Origin: Chrysomallon squamiferum
Taxonomy: Eukaryota; Animalia; Mollusca
Assembly (NCBI GenBank): GCA_012295275.1
Contig: CM022665.1
Coordinates: 2,170,001 to 2,234,000 of the forward strand
Direction: 5' to 3'
Length of the DNA stretch: 64,000 nt
Under the pieces are notes generated by a model that was given only the letters and a program-made list of their open reading frames with translations, searched no databases and had not been told where the DNA came from. The position numbers and the translations under genes are program-made. Positions 1-15,533 of the stretch are shown piece by piece (the first letter of the stretch is position 1; the number at the start of each line of letters is the position of its first letter).

Positions 1-33
1 AATAAAGATTTTATGTGAGTTTATATATATTTT

Positions 34-35
<2 letters not shown>

Positions 36-112
<77 letters not shown>
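36..112. repeat. (CT)n microsatellite
   Basis: Direct reading. Confidence 0.95.
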
Positions 113-114
<2 letters not shown>

Positions 115-1338
115 TTTCGGTTCTGTTTTATATGTATTTTTTTTTAAATACAAACGTCAGCTGCAAACAAGCTATTGGTGTTATGCAAGCAGCACGATAT
201 CGAGCGATCTACAAGCCGACGAGTGTAACCATTCACCTGTTTCGTATGAATATATATGTGTTTGACCGCACAGATTAAGCAAGGTTACACTTATTAATAT
301 TAACATATTCATACCACTGATAATTCCACAGTCTCGTCTTGTACGCAGTTTGTGTTTGACGTTATCTCCCGTTCAGAGACACGTTATATTTGACAAGCAA
401 TGTGATACCATCGCCACACTCTGCCTTACTACATATGCATGTTTATGATCTAGTCAGAAGGAATGAAAATAAAAAAAAAATAAAAAAAATAAAAAAGCAA
501 AAAAAAAAAAAAATAGATATGATGAGAGATGTTGGGATTTCTTATTAATGGAGATATATATATTCTTATACTCACCCTTAATCATTCATCCACGCATCCT
601 GTCATCTTTCTGTCTATCCTGCCATCCGTTCTATATATTTAATCCGTTTATCTATCTATCTATCTGTCTGTTCCTCCGTTCTGTAAATTAATCCATCTGT
701 CTATCCGTTTCTCTCACCCGTTACTTAATCCATTCGTTCGTCCACACATTTTTTCCATCGTTTTGTTCATTCATTCATCTACCCGTGCATTCAGTCACCC
801 TTTTTATCCATCCTTCCTTGCGTTCAGTCCTTAACAGGTCCATCAGTTCATTGGCGTATCCATTATTTATCACCTAGGTCTCAGTAATACGTTTTCTACA
901 CACATAATTACAACTTAGCGTCTAGCGGGATTTCATTTCTTTACCCAGTGCGACTTTCTTGTTTATATTTTACATACAACTAAAATCAAAACATAGAAGA
1001 AGAAGAAGAAAAAGAAGAAGAAGAAGAAAAATATATAAAATGAAAAAAACCCGAGTGACCAAGGTGTTAGACTTGAAAGCAAGTGATCGTTAACTCCGAT
1101 GCTGGAAAGTGATCCGAGAACGCCCTGTGTGTCAGTCAGTGAAGCGCTGTACAATGGAGCAAGTTTTCACGTCCAAAGACGGCCAGGTGCTATACGCCAT
1201 ACTCTTCAATTAGTAACCCTGACACTTACATGCCCAACGTGAAATATCCGGGCGCAATTAGGTGATAAAAGACAAGTGATATTGGCAACGACAGAGAAGA
1301 GTAAAATAAACGTGAAACAAGAAATGGTGGAAACATCT

Positions 1339-1342
<4 letters not shown>

Positions 1343-1412
<70 letters not shown>
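1343..1412. repeat. (AG)n microsatellite
   Basis: Direct reading. Confidence 0.95.
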
Positions 1413-1414
<2 letters not shown>

Positions 1415-1683
1415 TAACAAGAAGAACAGAACTGCGTGAGTGGATCGCGAGAAAAAATATTGCAGGACGTAAACGTGTGATGATCATTTATGTTCCATAA
1501 GTTCATCGTTGCGATGGCAAAGTTCACTGCTGCTAATATTCCATGTCTCGTACAGTACCGCGTCTGAGCTCAGCGTATGAAAACTAATAAGTGTTTTATT
1601 AAAAGTGAAGAAGCGTTGTAAAAGCTATTATTTATTTAAAGTCTCTCAGTCTTTCAGTCTCTCTCTCTCTCTCTCTCTCTCCC

Positions 1684-1727
<44 letters not shown>

Positions 1728-3417
1728 AACAAACAAACACACATACATACACAAACAAACACACACACGCACACAAACAAACAAACACACACACACGAAA
1801 TTGAATAGACTGAACAAAAGAAGCAGAGAAAAAAAGAAGCATAGACCTATCGATAAACATATTTAGTTCCGATTGAGAGATAGGATCATTTACACTTGTG
1901 TATTAAATTCACTCATTTTCTGCTCACAAATTTATCTAAAATAGATTTCCTTCCTTTTTATTGAGAAATAGTTTCGAAGAACATGGGTTTCCAAAAAAAC
2001 CAAAATATTACTAATTGTAGAAAGTACTCTAAAATATAACTCATCGAAACACTTTTCGTCAGTTATACAAACCAGTGTACTGTTCTGTTTACTAAGTAAA
2101 TTTCCGAATAATAAACTAAACACACATATCAAATAAATAAAGTCAATAGCTTAATATCGCTTCAAATTTAATAGTTTTTTTCAAAAATCTATGTAACAGT
2201 ACACCTGTATGTATGCTTTCAAAAGCATATTGCATTCTGACAGTTCTGTATATTACTTTCTCTCGATTAAATTATATTTCTAATATATTGTTCCAGACTA
2301 CATTTAGCACTATGATAACACAGTATCCGTTTGTTTTCAGCGGTATCAGATTTGCTAATTTTGGAATCTGTATCTGTGCTTATCTCGCAATACCAAATAT
2401 CCATTGATGACAGACTAATGGGTAATTGGATAGAAAATACACGATATAGATATGTTAAAATAACGCATAAAAAACCGCAGTTTAGTTTCAGAATACGTAC
2501 AAACAGAAATAAAAATAATAATAAAAAAAAAACCCAGAACGATTTAGGTTTATCAAAAAAATTACATCCCCTGCATCTATCGTCAAAAGTTGCGGTATGT
2601 CGGCGTTTTATGACCTTTAATCAGAGACCGGAATCAGACAACGGCATAAAATATAGGATGTCAGATTTTTTCTTCTGAATTTGACAGGCATGAAGTTTTA
2701 AAAGTTATTATTATGAAAACGGCAAAGTGTTTTTCTTCGATAACAGAAAGATTGCTGCTTGAAAATAGAAGCAGTTGGCGGCTGATTGAAAGCCGTGTTT
2801 TGATTACGTGGCGAAGAATGAAGTCTTGCAACACAAACCGAATCAACGTACGTCTAGCTTACGACAGACGTACAAGGCATCCGTCGCTATTAACACGAGA
2901 TAAAAACGTAACTAACAATACACTGTGTTAACACGTGTAGTGATCTGTAGACGTTTTCAAATAATTAAACAAATATTTACGTATATATATATATATATAT
3001 ATATAAGTATATAAGTAAGTAAAAAATATTACTTTTATCCCAAATTTTTTACAGTAATAGTGTTAGTATTGATAATAGTGTTGTTTCATTATTTTATTTT
3101 ATTGATAATTTTATTATGAAACCATTAAATGATTATTACATTGATATTCATTATTTTTTACTTCAAAAAGACACACAAAACTATTGCTATTTAATTTGTT
3201 TTCATTTTTTTTTTTTTTTTTTAAACTGTATTATTTTTTATTATTATTACTATGGTTATTATTTATTTATTTATACATTCATTTATTCATTATTTTGTAC
3301 GTATTATGCAATCAAATTTCATTTTATGCACATATAAGTTCATATGTTACAACATATATGTGTTTTTTTGTTACAACATCTCTCTCTCTCTCTCTCTATC
3401 TATCTATCACTCTGTCT

Positions 3418-3451
<34 letters not shown>

Positions 3452-4170
3452 GTAAATTAATAACTTTTCAACCATTAAGGTTTCGTCGTATGTACGTAAG
3501 TATCGCCAAGTGTGGAATTCAGCTATAATCTCGACCAGAAATCAATGGCGATGTCAGGAAGTGATCATTATGAAATGTATTGATTTTCTTACTGCAAAAC
3601 AAATTCGTAAACAGATCAAAGGGAAACTACTGGGAGAATTCTTCACTAGCTGCACGGTGTATGTTGTATAGCATTACATATTTATTTATCTGCTGAGCAT
3701 AATAAATACCAACTTATGCATGACCAACAAAAAACAAATGATTTCCTGTTTTAATAACTTTTCCGACAGTAAATTATGTGCATTAACAGGAAAAATAACG
3801 AAATGCTGTTATAATAAATTTGTCGTGTTTGTATGTAATGAAATAGGTTTTGTGAAATGGATTTAATTAATCGTAAATATTGAAATAAACAAAGGTAACT
3901 ATGCACGATCTTACAGAATATTTTTAAGAAAAAAATGTTTATCTGTCTATGCGATGAATAATTTTCTAAACAAAGTGACTGAATTGACGAAGGACTGGAA
4001 TATGCGTTGATGCGTAATTCAGTCATAGACTGGAACGTTTATATTAATTACAAATCGATGTTTAACTAATAACACGACAAAAGAATGGATTTTTTAGAAA
4101 ATAACAAATTCAAAAATAGAGAAACAAAGAGACAGATTGATTAAAAAAAAGAATAAATAAATACACAGAC

Positions 4171-4211
<41 letters not shown>

Positions 4212-5948
4212 CAAATAATAAGTCAGTTCGGGAATAGAAGTACTATGAAGTAGAGAAGACAATTCATCGCTAATATTTTCATTTAATATTTAACAAATCA
4301 AACAAACGTTTCAAGTAAAAATATTTACTCGGTGATCTAAACGCGCGAAGACACAGATAGTTTACTTTTAATATTTTGCCTTCTTCAGTTTTTTGATATT
4401 CCGCAAACAAAAAGAAATGTTAGAAAGATTATTTTAGCGCGCTTTGATCAGTTTTAGCGATCCTTTTTTCAAAGTCAGACTCAAGTGTACAAAGATCCAG
4501 CAGACATTCTTTGATCTCCAAACTCATTGCTTCCTCTACAAACAACTACGAGTAAACACGAAAATTGCCGAACTGTCACGAGTTGATTGATGACCCTAAA
4601 TGACCGTAAACCTTTCATGATTTTGTTTACTGTTACATGGGCTCGTATTTTAATTTCTGGTCAAATTGGCGGCGAAAGTGAGAGCAGAAGAGTCTGAAGT
4701 AAATTGCGTCAATTGTCAAAGCATTGGCAGAATCTTGCAAGCTCATCCATCATTCTTGAAACTGTCATAAAGTTTGCAGTATCGCCACTCCCGTCCTCAA
4801 ATACATTCGTACTCGTGTAAATCCGATCCAAATTGCGGGCTCCTCGCGTTTTGCTGCATATTAATCGCCATTTATGTCAACAAGGACAGCAGAAACTATG
4901 TTTGGACAATTAAATCGACAACACAATCCACTGAGTTTAACTATTTTTGTTTCTTCTTCTCGTGCCGTCCAATAGCCGAAGATTTCTTTGTGCTGGGCGT
5001 TGTTAGAAACCAACTGAGTTCATCCGTTCTTCTTCCAGTCTGTGATTTTTTTATACAGCGCATTTTAAATAAAAATGTACCTGTTTCTTTTCGTATACCA
5101 TCCTTTATCTTACTGTTGCAGTTAAATTAGACATATTTTTTAATAAGCCTGAACACAATTTATTATATAATATTTTGAAAAGTTATCAGATGAATTTTTA
5201 ATTTATATATATATATATTTTTTTTTTGTTTTGTTTTTTATATAATTGTGTATGCATGTTTTATTTGATGGTGGATAAACTGAATTTAAAAAAAAAAAAA
5301 AAATGTATTGTTTTTATTTTATTTTATTTTATTTTATTTATTTATTTATTTATTTATTTCCATTTGTTATTTTGGGGTGTTTTTTTTTGTGGGGGGGGTT
5401 GTTTTGCTGCTAGATCTTTTTGTTGTTATTTTGTTTTTGTTTTTTTTTGGTTTCAGTTTTTTCTTCAATTTATTGTCGTAAGAAACGTTTTGATGTACAA
5501 ATTATTCATTTATTTGAACATCGAATCTCACATGCATCTTGCAATAAAACAGTTAACAGATTTCTTACGATCCCCGGACAGGTACACCGAGATGAGGTAT
5601 TCAAGTGTTATTCTGCGCCTTGCGAGGACAGAGTGTGTAAATAAGTTAGCTGGATATAAATAACAAATATTCAGTCATCACTAAATCACTAACTCATTCG
5701 ACTGCCTCATAAAAGGCAATTACATAAATAAATTTAAAAAGAGGGAATACTGGAGACGTCTCTGTGATTAACAAGTACTTAACTGTTTTAGTCTTTGCGA
5801 ATGCAAACATTTTATGGGTAAAATTATATTTAATGAATACTTAATTTTATAATTTTATAATTTTAAAATGTGTCTGTGCGTGTGTGTTTATGTAAACATC
5901 TTGGTACGAACCTATATTGTTGTTGTTGTAAGTTGTTATTGTTGTTGC

Positions 5949-5999
<51 letters not shown>

Positions 6000-8139
6000 T
6001 ACTGATGTATTACTATCGATAAAATTATATTAAATGAACAGTTTAATCGAAATTACGTATCAATTTCTGGGGTTTTTTTCGCACAGTTACCATATGACTC
6101 ACACCTTGAAGAATTGAAAAAAAAAAAAAAAAAAAAAAATCATATTGATACACTAATAAAGAAAAAAGAACAAAAAAGAAAAATATAAAAATTAAAATTA
6201 GAAAAAAAAAAAAAAAAAAAAAAAAAAAACTAATTTGTTTCGTCTGTACTGGGTTGACAGACAGCTTTTCTTGTTCACCTGTCCGTCAAAGCGCGCGAAC
6301 TGGAGACTAGTGAAAGGGGACACCACTCGTGTACGAACGGCGAAAATGGAAACTGAAGAGGTTGACAATGTTTTGAGCGGATCACAGGCCACGATAAATT
6401 TAAGCGGACAAAGAGGACGTAATATCAAACACGGCGTGCCAAGAAAACTATATTCTAAATTATATTTGAGAAAGCTTAATACTGTTTGGTTAATGGTTTC
6501 CAGTTACCGCTTCTATTGTGCGCGTCTTGTGTTGTCAGTTTGATAATATTTGTTCAAGCCATCAGGAGGGTGGAGTCGCAGTGAAGTACATTAGTTTGCA
6601 CCTAGAAGTAGACACAACATAAACCTCTAACATAAGAGCTTTTCTTATTCAGCGTAAAACATATCCGTGAGACAGAAAATGCCGCTGTGTTGACAATGTG
6701 TAGGGGGGGGGATCCTACTGGGATTATCTCACTTTGTGAGTTTGACAATCGTCATGGGTTTTATCCCAGTAGAAAGCATTTCTTTTCAGCCTTGCATCAC
6801 AACTGTTATACCTGTTTCTCCATACACAATAAAGCTGAACAGAAACGACGTTATAAAAATTCAGTTTATAAACAGAAGTACTGACACTGCGCTGCAATTT
6901 CTACAAGTCCCTTGACTTAGTAGAAAGTTTGGAGATAATGTTACAAGTACGCTGTCTATAATCAGATGAATAAATCAGTGGACTGCACAAAGCCTATGAA
7001 CAGACGTTACCTTTACGTTGTTTTAAAAAACAGTAACATAATAATAATAATAATAAAATTTATGGCGATAAAAATATAAATATATTTTTCGTTGAAATTC
7101 ATATTTGTTACATAAAATATAATCTGAGAAAACCTATCAAAAGAACAGTTATTGTTGTTATTATTATTGTTGTTGCTGTGGTTGTTGCTGCTGCTGCTAT
7201 TGTTATTGTTGTTTTTGCAGTTCGACTGCTGTTGTTTTTGTGTTCCTTTTCGTAGCTGTTTATTAGTAATGATTTTTATTTGATGGTAAGTATCTGGATT
7301 TCACATCAGGAGGTAAATTTTCTAGACATGGTATATGAATTGTTATTTAGTAATAATGTGAATCTGACTTTAAGATGCTGTATCCAATACTTTAAAACTG
7401 TATTTCTTCAATTACTTAAATACCTTTTATAATTGGTATAAATAATTATGTATGTAATTATGTACCTATACATAAATACATACATACATGCATACACACA
7501 TACACTTATAATATATACGTATAGATATACACATGCATATATACGTATATTCATACATATTTACATACACGTATACATTCATATTTACGTGTGTACGTAC
7601 ATCTGACTACTGTCATCAAATTACTGAAAATTACTAAAAACGGAACAAAGTATACACCTTAAACGGGCCCATATTATGACATGTGCTCAATGTGGATTAG
7701 CCACTCAGATTAAAGATTATTTAACTGTGTAAATGAATTGAAATATATGCCTTGTTTGCTGTCCGCTATACCCTGCCCAAAATGAGTCCACTCGTTTTAA
7801 AGTGTACTAAATGAACCCATAACAACATATTGAACACACACGTCCACCCAGTATCTAGACTTAATTTTATCTGCAGATTATTTATTAATCTTGATAAACC
7901 ACTTGAACGTTCTTGAAGTCTAGGAAAGGTAAATATAATGTAGTTTTAAAACGTATAATCGTACACTGCTGAGTTTTGAGTCACATTTCTACTAGTTTAA
8001 ACTTAAACAACTTTCAGTGTTAGTACCGCACACAATTCTCGTTTATATGTAAACTCTAAAGTGTGTGACACATATACTCGTACACATTAACAGAAAACGT
8101 TAAGATACGCACGTATACACATAGTTATACATGCATGGA

Positions 8140-8450
8140 TGCATGTATACATACATACATAAATACATACACATTTACATACATACAATCCATATATACA
8201 TATACACACAGCATATATACATTCACACATACATACATACATATACATACATATATACATACATACATAAATACATACATACGTACATACACACATACAT
8301 TCATTCATACATACATACATACACACACACACATACATACACACACACATACCTACATACATTCATTCATACATACATACATACATACATAAACACATAC
8401 ATACATACATTCACACATACATACATACACACATACATACATACACACAT

Positions 8451-8483
<33 letters not shown>

Positions 8484-8520
8484 TACATACATACATACAT
8501 ACATACATACATACACACAT
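8140..8520. repeat. (CATA)n/(CA)n compound microsatellite
   Basis: Direct reading. Confidence 0.95.
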
Positions 8521-8966
8521 TCGTCCAACAATTACATCTAGTAAAAGGAAAAACGGATGAACAGTTATCGAATCACAGTAGTTCTATTACTGTTGTAACG
8601 AACAAAAAAAAAAAAAAAAAAAAAAAGTAGAAGTAATGCGTATTATTTTGTTTTGATTTCAATTCGCTGTGCTATCGATTTGGAAGAGAAATCAAATTAA
8701 ATGTATGGAAGAACACTGCAAGCGAGCATCAACAATTTTCCGAAGTCATTTCTGTAAAGTGATGGAGCCTTGCCCATTCAATTTTTACGCTTATTACTTC
8801 TTATATTGAATTGGGCAAATCGCTGCAGAAATCGTGGGTTCCCGCTACCTAAATATTGATCGTAGTTAGGCCGGAACGAAGTCGTTCCGTTTTATCAGCC
8901 ACATTTAATTTAACTGTTAAGTTAGCGGATGCACTGCACATAGTAATTTCTACAGTAAATGAGATT

Positions 8967-8999
<33 letters not shown>

Positions 9000-9312
9000 C
9001 CACTCCGATATGCCCGATAAATGATTACTAGACCTTTTTTTTTTTTTTTTTTTTTTCCAGTTTCCTATTCGCTGTTAATAATTAAAAAAAAAAAAAAAAA
9101 AAAAAAAATTGGGGGTTTCCATATTCTGAAACAAAACAGGAAGAAATAATGATTTCTAAAATCATTGATGACTTATCTCTATTGGTTGTCATAGAATTAA
9201 CTAGAAATTGTCTAAAAAGGTTATTACCTTGAAAAATTAATTAAAGTCTATTTTCATTGACACTGTACTTATAGTCTTCACACACATAAACACACACACA
9301 CACACACACACA

Positions 9313-9361
<49 letters not shown>

Positions 9362-11431
9362 TATGCGTGTTTGTGGGTAAGAGACAAAAAGAGAAAATTT
9401 GAAATCCAGTAAAAGCTTACGAATAATGTATATTTTTATTGTATATTCTTTCTTTTTTTTTGGATTCTTCTAAAGTAATTACATTTAACGCATCCCTGCA
9501 AATAAAATGAATCTGTTAATTCATTGTTTATTTTAAAATTCACCAAAGAGATGAGAGTAATTTGCTTGAGTTTCAACTCAGGATACTGTTACAAATTGGT
9601 TTATTTTTCTTCTTTTTTTTATTTTTTTATTTTTTTATTTTATTTTTTATTTTTTCATTCTTTTCTTTTCTTCAGCCTCGTTAGAAACATTATATTACAT
9701 CCCTGACACAAATTAGTTTAAAAAAAAAAAAAAAAAAAAAATTTCATCTGACGAAAATTCCAAATAGAAAAATATAACCGGCACATCGATTACACTAATT
9801 AAGAATAAAGAAAGAAGTATTTTTAACAAAGCTTCTTCCTTTCGCACGTATTTTCCTATATTCCTATCACATGGCACGATACACGTTCTGCGGAAACAGA
9901 CTCACTTCGGCTAAATCGATGACGTCATCATTGCATGCTTAGAATCCATTACAACTCTTTTTTTTCAAGGATAAAAAATAAATTGTGTTGCAATAAACAC
10001 TCAGCTTTGTTATGGTCAAAAGAGTCCGTGTTTCCATTCCATACGTCTGACAGTTTATCTCGGAATATCCTGAACAGTTTAAATGCACGAGAAGTAAAAA
10101 TATTATAATATTTTTAAATACAGCCTCTTTCACTGAAGCGCCCAGTTAGTCTTATAAAAACGCGTGCCTTTCTCGTGTCGTTTATTGACTACAGATTAAT
10201 GAAGACTAGAGTACAGCATCCAGTGATTCGCTCCCAAAAACCTATACCATGTTCAAAATTATCATATATAGGTGTTTCTAAGAAGCAATGGAAGATATGG
10301 CCAGTTTCCAATAAGTTTCTTACAGCAAAATGAAAATTTAGCAATATTATTGACAAAGCTCAAACTCACACTACTTGTGAGGTACACAACTGTTCACAAT
10401 TCTTAATACAAAAAACTAACTAGGTCTTTAGCTTGATTATATTTTCGGTTATCATAACATCATTACATTTTACATTTTGTTCAAACAGTAAACCGAGGTA
10501 AAAAAAAATACCAAATTTGATATGGTTTGCTGTATTTCTGTCATGTTGTTGTTTTCTTTCCGCATGTTGACAAGATTACTACACAAAGAGTACTTGTTTC
10601 CATCATCTGGCGTTGTGCAACCTCTCCTCAACCACCTGCTTGATAAAATATTACACACCATTTCTTACCCCCCCCCACAACTCAACAACAACAACAACAA
10701 AAATATGTGCGGTTTGTTAAAAGGCTGTTGCCAACTTGATTAGAAGAAGCCGGTTTTATTTTCTATCAAGATAAGCGAGGTAATAAACTGGTATTAACCT
10801 TGTTCCTCTCGCCGGTATCCTCGAGCAGTCAGTCCCTCGTTTCTTAGAATCAGCTGCATCTAAAAGAGCAACGAGCCCCCTCCGCCGTTTCCTTTATATG
10901 ACGGGTACAAGGAACTCGCTGCGTTAAACACTGTGTAACGCTTAATGAAGGGGCTGTCAGTCTGGGAGAAGGGATAATTACAAACGACCCCAGCCAGGGA
11001 CGTACAAAAGTGTCGGCGGATTTCTATTATACCTGGAGAAGAGAGAATTTGCTGGACACTGATAATCGCGATGGCTCGTCGCCTGGCCCGATGCGCTGGG
11101 CAGATAAGAATAATTGTATCTTTTAAAGAAAGTACGATTCGGCGTGAAATGTCTTCTAGTCGCGCTCACAGAGACAGATGGCTAGGCATGAAGGGATCGA
11201 TTAGATGAGACACGGTTTCCACGGCGTTTCGGTGTAAGCTGTGGGGGTTGGGGAGGATCTGACGACAAAACAGAAACGTAATAATAATTATAGCTGTACG
11301 TTCGTGTGTAAAAAAAAAAAATAATAAAAAAAAAGTTTTCAAATTAGTGATGGTCTGAAAGTTGTAAAAGAGTAGAGAATATTTTCACGCCAAGCTAGTA
11401 AATGGAAAAACTTTGTATTTATTTTGTTTGT

Positions 11432-11486
<55 letters not shown>

Positions 11487-12676
11487 TTTTATTTATTTAT
11501 TTATTTATTTGTTTGTTTGTTCATTTATTTATTTGTTTGTTATATTTTTTATTTCTTTATTTTATAATAAAATTTATTTTAATTTGACGTAATATCGTCT
11601 TCTTATATATAAATAATACACACACAAACACACAGATACACAGACGAATGGATAAAGTATGAGAGATGGTAACCTATTAAACCTTTTTTACTGTCAGCAA
11701 AAAAAAAAAAAAATATCAGGAAAGAAGGTATAAAGGTAGCCGACTACAGACAGTTGTTGCAAGTTTTTGTATGATTTACAAAATTCTGTTTGTACAGTAG
11801 ATGTTCATAAATTAAATTAGAATAAAACTGATTTATCTAACAGTCTCTTTAAAAGTTGATTTTTTTTATTGTTGCTGTTGTTGTTGCTGCTGCTGCTGCT
11901 GCTGCTGTCGCTCGTTTATTACGAATAACATGAAAGCACATAATCAGAATAATCCAGTGACAATATTTTCTGCAGACAGTTGAAGGGAACAATTAACAAC
12001 GTGAATAACGAGTGTGATAAGGACTGGTTTCGGAGACTGTCTAATCAGAGCCTCGCTGCAAGAACGAGATGGTTCCGAGGCTCTCATTGTCTCTACTCAA
12101 ACATAATCGCGAAGGGAAAACGGTAAAACACGGACATTAAACTTAAACCTCAAATTAAGAAACGTTCAAATATGTCAGAAACAGTGCACGGCCATCATGG
12201 ACAGGTGTTGTCGTCTCGTTCATGGCTAATCAGAAAGACATCGTATTTGCAGGTCGACTAGTTATGATTGTCAATGTGCACGCGCTCGTCACGCGGAGAC
12301 GCTACTGGTGTGACAACTGGCTCGATTAATTACCTAGGGAGCCCAAATGAAATGGACTCAATGAAGACGTTTGTTTCTGGGACTTGGCGAAACATGGGAT
12401 TAATATCAATAAGAAAGTGATCGGTTCCCTGATAACCGAGAATTTCCGCTCCTTTCTGATTGCTTTTACGCCTGCATGACAACTGCTTATTCTGGCAGTT
12501 ACAAATTTGATTGATGGCCAACTAATACAATACTATTATTGGATATCGCCAGGCCTCTGATGACACGGTACAGACGGTCTCATGTCGCATCGCATCCGGG
12601 TACCGTTTGAATATTTCGGATCGGAAGCGCCAAAGAAATCTTCACATTGATAACTGTTTTGTTTTTTGTTTCGTTT

Positions 12677-12720
<44 letters not shown>

Positions 12721-13004
12721 TAAAAAGAAAAAAAATATAACCATTTTCTTCTCTTAATCTTTCCCCCAATCTCTTGTTTGTATTTCTCTTTGTCTGAGTA
12801 CCTACAGTTCTCGTCAGTTTAACTTGTTTACAGTCTGAGTTTATCAGCATTCAAAACTCTTATTATTCTCATACTAACTATATCCTGACGTCTTTAAAAC
12901 ATTTTACTGCATCGCAAATTCTTCTGTTTTTATCTTTTCAGAGAAACAAAACAAGCCTGTTTGACAGAATGTAACACACATACGCAAACGCACACATTAT
13001 GTTC

Positions 13005-13470
<466 letters not shown>

Positions 13471-14185
13471 TTAATCTGTGTCAATCCTAATATCTTCTAT
13501 TTTTTTTGCTTTTTTTTTTTTGTTCATCATCGCAGATTTAATCATAGACTGTTTTAAGCTTACAGTCAGAATCGGTCGTTTGCCTGAAGACACTAGTAAG
13601 ACATGCATCCGATGGACTTTTAAAATCATCTTCCAGGGCTCACCGCTAGGAAATGAAGTAGCTTCAGCGACGTCATCAGTATGGCTTGGCACGACGGTCG
13701 TCGGAAGTCGGTCGCATTGAGTTACGGATGCAATCTTGGACTGGAACAGCTTCGCCGATGTCGCTGACGCTTCCACCCTGTGATTATCATACAAAATGGA
13801 AACACGAGCCAAAGTGGAATATAAATTCCAAGGAAGACAAAAAAAATGGGGGTGGAGCAGAAGACAAAGAGTCGGGTGTTTCGGAGTGTCGCCGACTACA
13901 ACTGACCGTTTTGGAATAATGGTCGCTTGACGGGTATCGAGTGTGATCCGTTTTTATCAAAGCCAATATTAAATTGACTTTCTCGGCGAAACAAGCCGTT
14001 TACACGTGTGCGCGTATTTCAGACTTCCCCTCAACAATAGCGGATTCCCCGCCGCCTTGCTTGTATCAGATATCTCCAGCAAAGAACGCACTTCATGATT
14101 CTAAGTAATTTTCTCTACAGGGCCTGTGAAGGAAAAAAAAGGGTATTGGTTGTTTCAAGTAACTCTTTTTATAAAAATAAAAATG

Positions 14186-14221
<36 letters not shown>

Positions 14222-15492
14222 AAAGAAAAAGAAAAGAAAAGAAAAGAAAGAAAGAAAGAAAGAAAAAATATTCATTAACGATTTTCAGCTTTCGAAATTT
14301 TAAAGTTTGTAAGAACAAGATGTCGTTAAAAAAAGAAGAAAAGACTTGCATATAAATTCAGTGTCGTGTGTCCTTTGTTTACAATTGTTAATAATCATAT
14401 AGATGCTATGAAATGAAAAAAAAAAAAAAAAAAAGAAAGAAAGAAAGAAAGAAAAAAAAAAAGAAAGAAAGAAAAAACAAAAGAAAAAAAAAGAAGAACT
14501 AAGAAAAAAAAAAAAAGAAGCCTTGAACAAAAGAAACTTTTTTTTATTTCTATATTTAGATAATATTTTCAAACTTAACAACCAACCAAACAAACAAACA
14601 AACAAACAAGCAACCAAACAAACAAACAATTAGACGAACAAACAAATACAAGTGAAAGAAGAAATCGTACAAATTATCAATAATTTCTTTGTACTAAGTG
14701 TAGCCGGTGCCCAACCTTCACGCTTTCTTCGTTTTGATTTGTTTTATTTTGATTGTTCCTGCAGATAAGTTTCAACGCGAGAATAATTACCATAAAACAT
14801 CGTCAGCGTTGTTGCCATTACACTTGGCGGGCTGTGACGACTGCGGTGTTGGCAGACGAGTGTCTAGTCTGTCAGATACCATACTAAAATCCCTGATTTG
14901 CTTGATTGACTGTCAGACGATAAGACGAACAGACAGAGTATAATTTAAGAGGCCGTGTCTTTGCCGAGAATTCACCGTTAAGCAACACAACACTCGCCGG
15001 TCACCGTGACGAAATATCGCAGCTAGCGCCGGAAATGCTTTGAGAAGTGCACGAGCGATGACGTAATGCACGTGATTGATGGCCGCCAAAGTTCCGGAAT
15101 AGAAGTGTTGTGTGACGGTAATAGGTCTTGGCATTTTCATGTCGGTTTGTGTCAGTCGGCCTTGTTAAATTCAGTTTGGGCCTAAAAATAATTATGCAAG
15201 TGTGCGTTAGATGAACCCATTTGTTTTTTTTTCATTTTGTTTTTTTTTCTTTAATTTTAATTTTTTCTTTATTTATTTTTTTAAATGTTGATGTGTGCGG
15301 GGTGGTGAGGTGTCAGCATAGAATAAAGCGTTATCATTTATGAAGAAATTATCTTACTTATTATTTATTTTTAATCAAATATATTAAAGCAGTAATAATC
15401 AAGAAAGGTAATTTTATGAGAAATTATAAATTAAATGACGTCTTAATACAAACTAGCTTCATGTTATTGTTTTGCACTATATGTATGTGTCT

Positions 15493-15533
<41 letters not shown>

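Noticed and set aside
15-1860. ORFs with SLSL, ERER, HTHT or CVCV runs
   Set aside because: These are translations of (CT)n, (AG)n and (CA)n microsatellites.
8087-8541. HTYI-repeat ORFs
   Set aside because: Translation of the (CATA)n tract.
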